IMG/VR virus record: IMGVR_UViG_3300014838_000020
Location: 1-64,000 of that record
DNA length: 64,000 nt
Source: a virus
Reading direction: 5' to 3' (one strand)
Shown here in pieces: positions 57,857 to 64,000 of this stretch. The notes under the pieces were generated by a model. That model worked only from the letters and a program-made list of their open reading frames with translations. It made no database searches and was not told the origin of the DNA. The first letter of the stretch is position 1; every line of letters starts with the position of its first letter. The position numbers and the translations under genes were made by a program.

Positions 57857-58093
57857 TTACTGTTCTGCAGGTAACATTCCTTTGGCCCTTTTGCCTGGTA
57901 CTGGTGTCGCATGGCATTTATGTTCAACAGCAGATACGGGGATGGGAGATATGTAAACGAACTCACACTCTGCACATTTCCACTTTTTTGCGGTTTTTGA
58001 GACAACCTTCTTTTTTTCGGCATTATCCTTCACCTCTGGTAAGGGTTCCAATTTACTTTCTGTTTCTTCAATTACTGGTTTATCTGCGTTCAT
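57857..58093 (-). CDS. Small protein with CxxC...HxC motif
   Basis: WKCAEC...VEHKC. Confidence 0.55.
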   Translation of the reverse strand: MNADKPVIEETESKLEPLPEVKDNAEKKKVVSKTAKKWKCAECEFVYISPIPVSAVEHKCHATPVPGKRAKGMLPAEQ

Positions 58094-58467
58094 TATTTAT
58101 TCCTTTTCCCACTTTTAACATCCTCTTTATAGCGCCTTACTGCGGATTTTTGCATTAATTTCCTATACTTTAGATCATCTGAATGAAGTCCGTGTCCAGA
58201 AACCCAACCGCATACTTGACATCCATTGCCCTTCTCACCCTGATGTTTATGGGGAATATGCTGCGTTCCAGTTTTCATCCATTTATCACGTCCCTGACTG
58301 CCGTGACGTTGATAGTTCTTATCGTGTTCAGTGCAATAATCAGTCAAACAAGGGAATCCACAGAAATCGTAGTGGTCGTCCCCATAACCCGAAGTAAGAA
58401 CAAATGACAGTTCATTATTTGCGTTAAGAGTTTTATCGCAGGCATCACATTTTTTTTGTTCACTCAT
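58093..58467 (-). CDS. Small zinc-binding protein (TRASH-like CxxC...FCxxxC)
   Basis: CDAC...YDFCGFPCL; second H..C..C..H module. Confidence 0.55.
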   Translation of the reverse strand: MSEQKKCDACDKTLNANNELSFVLTSGYGDDHYDFCGFPCLTDYCTEHDKNYQRHGSQGRDKWMKTGTQHIPHKHQGEKGNGCQVCGWVSGHGLHSDDLKYRKLMQKSAVRRYKEDVKSGKRNK

Positions 58468-58655
58468 TATTCTGCCTCATCTTCTGGAGTGGCTACCGTT
58501 GTAAAACTATTATCACAATAGAGATTTTCATCTCTACCTTGCCAGCCCCAATGTATCCATTTCCCATATGACTTCATAATAGGAACATGACAGATTTGAC
58601 ATTCTTTAACTTCCAAGTTACTCACTCTCATTACTCTTCTCCTCGGTGGTCCCAA
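58467..58655 (-). CDS. Hypothetical protein
   Basis: CQIC...WIH...C...ATP motif. Confidence 0.45.
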   Translation of the reverse strand: MGPPRRRVMRVSNLEVKECQICHVPIMKSYGKWIHWGWQGRDENLYCDNSFTTVATPEDEAE

Positions 58656-59296
58656 TGGGGTCTGTATTTGCTAAATGGATCACTCTTCTTAACCTTCTTC
58701 TTAGTTGACTTTCTAGGCTTCACTAATGGTACTTCATGAGCCCACGGCTTCTTGCTATTGTCTATCCTAGCAGCTTTCTCTTTCTTATTCAAGACATACC
58801 ACGTCTTTTTATGGACTAGGGTAGAAAATGAATCAAACCTTAGAGTCAGTATAGCATGCTGAGAGTTGTCGATGATATTTTTTCTGTGAAGACTTGCAGC
58901 CATTTCTCGAAAATCAGCAATGCAGTACATTCTAGCGAATGATTTGCCTACTCTTAGTGGTTCAATAGAACTACCATCACTGTAGTTAAAATTCTTACGG
59001 TAATGGTGAGCCATAAATGCAGCATAAGATAAATCAAAGAACTGTGCAGCCATATATGCACTAAACCTAGGTAGATTCTCTAAGTCATCTTGACTATAGG
59101 GAGTTTTTTCTATTTCATCTAAGAATAGGACCCAATTATTGGGATACTTATTACAGTTAGGATTTAATGGATTAGTATTAGGATCATCAGAGTAGAGGCC
59201 ATCATATTTAGGGGCAGCAAGAAATCCTCCACCAGTAGTTGGTGGAGTATCCGTATCTTGATTACCATATATCTGACGATATTTTCTACTATTCAA
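58631..59296 (-). CDS. Putative MerR-like HTH DNA-binding protein
   Basis: FSAYMAAQFFDLS...P.R...RMY...D..EMA pattern. Confidence 0.45.
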   Translation of the reverse strand: MNSRKYRQIYGNQDTDTPPTTGGGFLAAPKYDGLYSDDPNTNPLNPNCNKYPNNWVLFLDEIEKTPYSQDDLENLPRFSAYMAAQFFDLSYAAFMAHHYRKNFNYSDGSSIEPLRVGKSFARMYCIADFREMAASLHRKNIIDNSQHAILTLRFDSFSTLVHKKTWYVLNKKEKAARIDNSKKPWAHEVPLVKPRKSTKKKVKKSDPFSKYRPHWDHRGEE

Positions 59297-59298
59297 AA

Positions 59299-59544
59299 CT
59301 AGTGTTTTTCTTCCAGTTTCAAAACTGCATTCAGTGTTTCAGCAAGTATCTTAGTATCTTCCTGAGTGCGACCATCAACTGATGAAATACACCAAGTACG
59401 GTCGTATTCATTATCGAAAAGATACAGCCGATGCTTATCTGCCATCCAGTGAAGGTCTTGCGGAACGTCAGCCCATGCGTATTCAGCAGTATCGCTTCCT
59501 CCCCAATAACTCTTTTCAATTTTCCATTTCAACGGTTCTATCAT
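59299..59544 (-). CDS. Hypothetical protein
   Basis: GGAG RBS; tightly packed. Confidence 0.5.
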   Translation of the reverse strand: MIEPLKWKIEKSYWGGSDTAEYAWADVPQDLHWMADKHRLYLFDNEYDRTWCISSVDGRTQEDTKILAETLNAVLKLEEKH

Positions 59545-60240
59545 TTAATTCTCCAAATCTCTAATATATATAGCACTTGTTCTCTTAGATTCAACAGAAC
59601 TTAGGAATACATCTTCACTAAGAATATTTCCCTTTACCATCTCTGCTTCGAGAAACTTCTCATTTACTTCATAGGTAGTAGTAATAACTTCATCCATTTT
59701 ACCATCAGGAGTTGTTGTTTCAACCGTAGTAGTAATAACATTAGTTACACTACTAAATTGATCGCCAGTTAATCTCTTCTTAAGACGATCTATATCGATG
59801 GTGAGTTTTCCACCCCTAATTTCTTTAGAAATCTTAAGTTTATGCTTCTGACTAACTAGTTCGCCGGAAGTTCTATCTGGTTCGATTTGATCTAGAGAGA
59901 TTATATCTTTGGCAAATGTTTTAAGAGTCTCTTCTCGTGATGATAAAATATCATTTACCTTACGAACTGCCAGTAACTCTTCAACTAGAGTGTCTATTTC
60001 AAATTGAGATAAATGTCTAATGTGTGTATCAGTAAATCCTAGTTGATCATCCAAATTATCGATTGCTTCTTGAACTTCAACCATAGTATCTATATCTAGA
60101 TTCACAAACTGTCTCTTAACAGAAGCTCTAGTTGGTAAAACTTCGATTTTTCCATCCCAATTTTCAATAGCTGATTCATAATCTTTTTGTAACTGTTCAA
60201 TCGCTGCAGCATCAAATACTTGATCGTTATTTTTACTCAT
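59545..60240 (-). CDS. Hypothetical protein
   Basis: 231-aa ORF with AAGGAG RBS. Confidence 0.6.
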   Translation of the reverse strand: MSKNNDQVFDAAAIEQLQKDYESAIENWDGKIEVLPTRASVKRQFVNLDIDTMVEVQEAIDNLDDQLGFTDTHIRHLSQFEIDTLVEELLAVRKVNDILSSREETLKTFAKDIISLDQIEPDRTSGELVSQKHKLKISKEIRGGKLTIDIDRLKKRLTGDQFSSVTNVITTTVETTTPDGKMDEVITTTYEVNEKFLEAEMVKGNILSEDVFLSSVESKRTSAIYIRDLEN

Positions 60241-60423
60241 TTGTATCTCCTTTATCTATCTGTATATTTTGTAAAATACAGTATACATCCACATATCCAC
60301 GTTATTCCTAGTGCAATATATTCTGCGACTAAATTAGGCTTTTTACTGTTTATTCCTTCAAGCAGGAACCCGAGACCACCACAGCTTATTAACCAAATAA
60401 AGTATCTTTGATAATGACTCATA

Positions 60424-60699
60424 TTAATTTATCTTCTTTCCAACTGGAGCCAAAGTTTTTGGCTCTCCTTCTAGATCTGTGTAATAGGTAGCTTTTGAAA
60501 TAGTATCACCTTTATATAATACCATAGCCCATGAAGGACGTAATTCAGTAACAACACCAAATTCTACTTCATCTAATTCTTTATTAGGAAAGTATGTAAC
60601 CCTTTGTCCAACTTTACAGTTATCTTTATTCATTCTCCTAAATACTTCCTTTCGTTCTTTTTTGGCATTAGAAATGCTCGACAAGTACAATATCCCCAA
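60424..60699 (-). CDS. Hypothetical SH3-like protein (start probably near 60633)
   Basis: KVGQRVTY...GVVTE...VLY pattern. Confidence 0.45.
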   Translation of the reverse strand: MGILYLSSISNAKKERKEVFRRMNKDNCKVGQRVTYFPNKELDEVEFGVVTELRPSWAMVLYKGDTISKATYYTDLEGEPKTLAPVGKKIN

Positions 60700-60848
60700 A
60701 GATCGGCTCGTTTAAATATTTTATTACTAAAGTTATAATAACCACACTTACCATGGGGATTATATGAAGGATGCTTATACTTAGCATGTCCACAATAATC
60801 ACAGAGTATTAACTGTCGTTTACGATACCACTGTCTAGGAGTTCTCAT
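60630..60848 (-). CDS. Small Cys/His protein
   Basis: CDYCGH...H...C...CTC..F motif. Confidence 0.5.
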   Translation of the reverse strand: MRTPRQWYRKRQLILCDYCGHAKYKHPSYNPHGKCGYYNFSNKIFKRADLWGYCTCRAFLMPKKNERKYLGE

Positions 60849-61038
60849 TATTTTCCTTTTTAATTACTTCTAATGTATTTATAAGTTTATCTATCATAAA
60901 ATTTTCAAGTACAATTTCATTACCAGGATCTCCCCAACAAGAAGAACATCGTGAATGAACCGGATCATCTGGTCGAATTATAACGCCATCTTTAAGGCGA
61001 GCATATTCATAAATATTATTCATTTTCTTTTCCTTCAT
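60835..61038 (-). CDS. Hypothetical protein
   Basis: Overlaps the neighbouring genes. Confidence 0.45.
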   Translation of the reverse strand: MKEKKMNNIYEYARLKDGVIIRPDDPVHSRCSSCWGDPGNEIVLENFMIDKLINTLEVIKKENNENS

Positions 61039-61453
61039 TAATTAGTTTACCATCTAAATGTCTAATTTCATGTAAAGCTACTCTTGCTTCAAAATCATGG
61101 AATATTTCATGATGTTCATTGCCTTCAATATCCTGATAGGATATAACTACTTCTTCAATAGAAGGGCGTATGTAGCCTTTCTTACCGTATTCGATAGAAA
61201 GACAGCCTTCTAATGCGTAGGTAATACTTCCTCGTTGATCAATAATAGTAGGATTAACTAAGAAATTATCTCCTACTAGACAGGCTCTAACGTTTTGGCC
61301 TAATTGATTAGCAGCAATACCTACTGCATTATATTCTTGCATCACTTCTGTTAGTGTTTGATGAACATGTGGTAAACCACCGAATTCGTCTATGTGTAAT
61401 TCTGGTACTGGAACATTAAGAGATGGATCTGGATATTGAACTATATCAGTCAT
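61016..61453 (-). CDS. def: Peptide deformylase (short, lacks C-terminal helix)
   Basis: YPDP.L, GIAANQLG, VNP.I, EGCLS, HEIRHLDG. Confidence 0.92.
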   Translation of the reverse strand: MTDIVQYPDPSLNVPVPELHIDEFGGLPHVHQTLTEVMQEYNAVGIAANQLGQNVRACLVGDNFLVNPTIIDQRGSITYALEGCLSIEYGKKGYIRPSIEEVVISYQDIEGNEHHEIFHDFEARVALHEIRHLDGKLINEGKENE

Positions 61454-62553
61454 GGATATCTCAATTCAGGTTTTAATAAAGTCCAAGCTTTATTATCTAT
61501 TGGTTTATTATCTAATAGAAAAAATACTAAAGCAGATGAAATTTCAGGATGACTCATAATATCAAGCGCAGCATCTTTTCGAGACTTACCTTCTTGTTTA
61601 GCAGCTAGATTTTTTGCAGCATCACAAATTTTTTGGTGTTTTTGTGTTAGTCCATTAACTATCTCTTTTATAAAATCATGTAGTTCATCAGGTAGATCTT
61701 GAATCAATTCATCTAATGACATACCGGCAGATAATGCCTCCCAAATAGTTACTGTAGATAATCCTGTTGCCAGTTTATGTAACCTCACATATTCAGAGAA
61801 TTTAGCTTTAACTCTAGTAGAGGGTTCAGTTAATACTTCAGGAATAAACCTAACTACATATCCTTCAAATTCAACTTCTCCATCTTTACTGATTACTTCA
61901 TTCAATTTTTCAAGATCATTGAGCCCTTCAAACTTTAAAGCTTTACGACCATTATATTGCACTTCAACATCTGCACCTGTTGCAATATCAATTGCTCCAA
62001 GATAAATAAGTTCTTCTTTGTCATATGGAATTACTATTCTATTCCATGGAGCAACATATTCAAATAAAACTGTTATTTCACCTATATTTTCTAAATCAAT
62101 AAGATCCATATAGTTATTATTTAATAACCATAGTTTTGCCATCTTTGCTTGCTCAGATTCAAATGAACCTCTTGTTGCAAATTGCACTCCCTCATTATCA
62201 AAGTACATAATTACTAATGAGCCATCTACTTTTTCGGTTATTTCTACATCTAATCCAATAGGTAGTGGCCCCATAGTTGAACCTTCTTGATGTTCAGACA
62301 TATTAGCAAATTTAGGAAATGGACGAGCTATAATATATGGATCATTATCAGGACTTTCTGAAATAATTAGTCCACGAGAGGCTTTAATTTCTTTATTCCA
62401 CACTTTAGAATACTGAGCTCTATCAGTATAATTAAGTAAGTGAAAATTATTATTAGAATTAACCTTAACTGCAATCAAACCTTCTTTAATAGCTTTAAGA
62501 ATAGTTGCTTTATTAAACTGTGAATATAAACGTGTTGGTATTCTTTTATTCAT
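61450..62553 (-). CDS. T4 Rnl1-like RNA ligase
   Basis: RGLI...ARPFPKF.N, EKVDGSL, ATRGSF.SEQA, FEY..P.NRIV..Y, EGYV, KAKF.EY. Confidence 0.92.
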   Translation of the reverse strand: MNKRIPTRLYSQFNKATILKAIKEGLIAVKVNSNNNFHLLNYTDRAQYSKVWNKEIKASRGLIISESPDNDPYIIARPFPKFANMSEHQEGSTMGPLPIGLDVEITEKVDGSLVIMYFDNEGVQFATRGSFESEQAKMAKLWLLNNNYMDLIDLENIGEITVLFEYVAPWNRIVIPYDKEELIYLGAIDIATGADVEVQYNGRKALKFEGLNDLEKLNEVISKDGEVEFEGYVVRFIPEVLTEPSTRVKAKFSEYVRLHKLATGLSTVTIWEALSAGMSLDELIQDLPDELHDFIKEIVNGLTQKHQKICDAAKNLAAKQEGKSRKDAALDIMSHPEISSALVFFLLDNKPIDNKAWTLLKPELRYP

Positions 62554-62744
62554 TATTTTATCTCCTCTATATATTTTATCTCCTCTATATATTTTATCTC
62601 CTCTCTATCAAGTGCTTTCAATAACTTTTCGCTCCATTTAGTTAATTCTTTTTTAAATTTACGAGAATGCCTATCACAAAGACAGTATTCTCTATTTAAA
62701 GTATGCAATTTCATTATTACTCCTTCCCTGTTATAAAACGCCAT
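62553..62744 (-). CDS. Hypothetical protein ending in EEIKYI repeats
   Basis: C-terminus is encoded by the 18-bp tandem repeat. Confidence 0.45.
   Translation of the reverse strand: MAFYNREGVIMKLHTLNREYCLCDRHSRKFKKELTKWSEKLLKALDREEIKYIEEIKYIEEIK
62554..62607. repeat. Three tandem copies of an 18-bp unit TATTTTATCTCCTCTATA
   Basis: Copies at 62554, 62572 and 62590 (third has one mismatch); the - strand unit contains the SD AGAGGAG. Confidence 0.9.
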
Positions 62745-62941
62745 ATTTCTAAAGCGTTCTCATCGGGTTCTTTTCCATTATTATGTTGTTTAAACCATTC
62801 AGGATAATCATTAGTAAAGAGTTCTTGTTCTTCATCAAGTTCTTTCTGGGATATCCAGTGTCCACTTTTACACGTTGAACAATCATAGTTTTTAACATGA
62901 TGTACTGAACAAATCGAAATCCAAACTTTATCTTCAGTCAT
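62717..62941 (-). CDS. Hypothetical protein
   Basis: ICS.H....CSTC..GHW motif. Confidence 0.5.
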   Translation of the reverse strand: MTEDKVWISICSVHHVKNYDCSTCKSGHWISQKELDEEQELFTNDYPEWFKQHNNGKEPDENALEIWRFITGKE

Positions 62942-63186
62942 TATTCTACTTCTTTACTCGGCAACTGATAGGATTTATCACCAACTACTTCGTAGGGGTT
63001 CTTACACATACTACAAATATAACTGGTAACTTTTCGTCCAAATTCATTTAGAGTTCGTATGATTTCAGGCTTCTCCATACTTTCACACCATGGACATCCG
63101 ACTCTTACACTCATATCACTTCCTTTATATATGGGGATCAAGAGGACCATCCCAGTCCACTCTATAGTTAAATCCGTAGTCTTCAT
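62941..63186 (-). CDS. Small zinc-ribbon protein (start probably near 63114)
   Basis: CPWC...CSMC; AAGGA RBS before MSVRVG. Confidence 0.45.
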   Translation of the reverse strand: MKTTDLTIEWTGMVLLIPIYKGSDMSVRVGCPWCESMEKPEIIRTLNEFGRKVTSYICSMCKNPYEVVGDKSYQLPSKEVE

Positions 63187-63349
63187 CTGGTCCTAGACGT
63201 TCTGACATAACAATACGAGCAAGTGTTTCTGGCGACAGATGGCCATTCTCGTCAAGTTCATATTCCCATGTTGAAACAATATCTTCATTATTTGGACGCA
63301 AAGCATCATCGGGTACATCTACTATTACTTTATAAGTAAATCTTTGCAT
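63125..63349 (-). CDS. Hypothetical protein
   Basis: GAGG RBS; tightly packed. Confidence 0.5.
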   Translation of the reverse strand: MQRFTYKVIVDVPDDALRPNNEDIVSTWEYELDENGHLSPETLARIVMSERLGPDEDYGFNYRVDWDGPLDPHI

Positions 63350-63553
63350 TTAATTTCCTCTCGAACTATTATTAAAACGATTATTTGCTTTTTTCTTCTG
63401 TATAATTATTTCATTCATAACTAAAAATAATGCAAATCCACATACTGCTATTACTAATTCACTACCAATGTGGAATAGAAAGTAGTATAATACTCCAAAA
63501 AACATTATTGATACTCCACAATTTCTCCAAAACTGCATTGTACGTAATTTCAT
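63350..63553 (-). CDS. Small membrane protein (two predicted TM segments)
   Basis: Two hydrophobic stretches and a basic C-terminus. Confidence 0.55.
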   Translation of the reverse strand: MKLRTMQFWRNCGVSIMFFGVLYYFLFHIGSELVIAVCGFALFLVMNEIIIQKKKANNRFNNSSRGN

Positions 63554-63789
63554 TCTTTCTCCTTTAGTTGTCGTTCTAACTCTTCAATTCTATCTGCTGC
63601 TTCATGAGCATCTTTATAACTACCAACTGCTAATGCCATATAACCATCACTAGCTAGGAATGGACCACAATCCCGTAGTCGTTCAACTAATGGTCTTGCT
63701 AATCGTTCTTTTTCTTCTTGTTGTTGCCTTTGTAACCACTTTTCGTTGTCTGCATCGCGTTTAGCTTGTCGTTCTTCGAGTGTACTCAT
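63550..63789 (-). CDS. Hypothetical protein
   Basis: LVERLR...EAADRIEELE motif common in phage small ORFs. Confidence 0.55.
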   Translation of the reverse strand: MSTLEERQAKRDADNEKWLQRQQQEEKERLARPLVERLRDCGPFLASDGYMALAVGSYKDAHEAADRIEELERQLKEKE

Positions 63790-64000
63790 AGTTTACTCAT
63801 TACATTATTAGTAATTTCACTTAATTCATCCATTATTACTTCATATGCTTCATCTTCAATATCTAATTTATGTTTAAGTATAGTTCCTGTCATTTGTCCT
63901 AATGCAAGAACTAAATGTTCAATCTTATTTTGCATTTCTGCACTAACACTAGGTTCTATGTTTATTGGTTTACTGTACTGGTGTCCATATTTTTTTGCAA

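Noticed and set aside
123-60411. Short opposite-strand or nested ORFs from the track (e.g. 968-1243, 11859-12158, 17939-18334, 34370-34705, 45760-46116)
   Set aside because: They lie within well-supported genes and lack RBSs or motifs; shadow ORFs.
1-64000. Alternative genetic code (stop-codon reassignment)
   Set aside because: Long conserved genes are intact in the standard code, coding density is high, and TAA, TAG and TGA all end genes at sensible positions.
1-64000. tRNA/rRNA genes, diversity-generating retroelement, integrase
   Set aside because: No cloverleaf or T-loop motifs noticed in the short intergenic gaps, no reverse transcriptase or TR/VR pair, no recombinase. This was by eye only; tRNAscan/Infernal not run.

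Overview
64 kb segment of an AT-rich (about one-third GC by eye) large tailed phage with a contractile tail. There are no host housekeeping operons, tRNA/rRNA genes or CRISPR arrays. The + strand (1-28.3 kb) is a virion module: a very basic 18-aa-repeat protein, an NlpC/P60 peptidase, neck proteins, sheath, tube, a tail-assembly chaperone pair with a -1 slippery site, tape measure, a hub with a second NlpC/P60 domain, gp25-, J- and I-like baseplate proteins and a LamG-containing protein, with three free-standing homing endonucleases interspersed. The - strand (28.3-64 kb) carries a four-gene sugar cluster (CDP-tyvelose-epimerase-like SDR, plant RGP/GT75-like mutase, two GT-A-like proteins), a fourth endonuclease, an intein-split large terminase, a sigma-like HTH protein, RuvC, Cas4-like and Hjc-like nucleases, RecA, DnaE, SSB, primase, DnaB, DnaC, a SLOG protein, a luxE-luxC-like pair, a 5'-3' exonuclease, peptide deformylase, an Rnl1 RNA ligase and many small ORFs. 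Top candidates for new biology: (1) an intact, operonic luxE/luxC-like pair in which the known catalytic motifs are replaced, suggesting repurposed pseudo-enzymes; (2) a phage-encoded RGP/GT75 glycosylation cassette next to virion proteins rich in xSG motifs. Smaller signals: two probable ATT start codons, a candidate late-promoter motif TCRCACTAG-N5-GWRAA, a triple-hairpin SSB leader, and endonuclease insertions that duplicate gene 3' ends. All protein assignments come from motif recognition by eye; no database searches were run.
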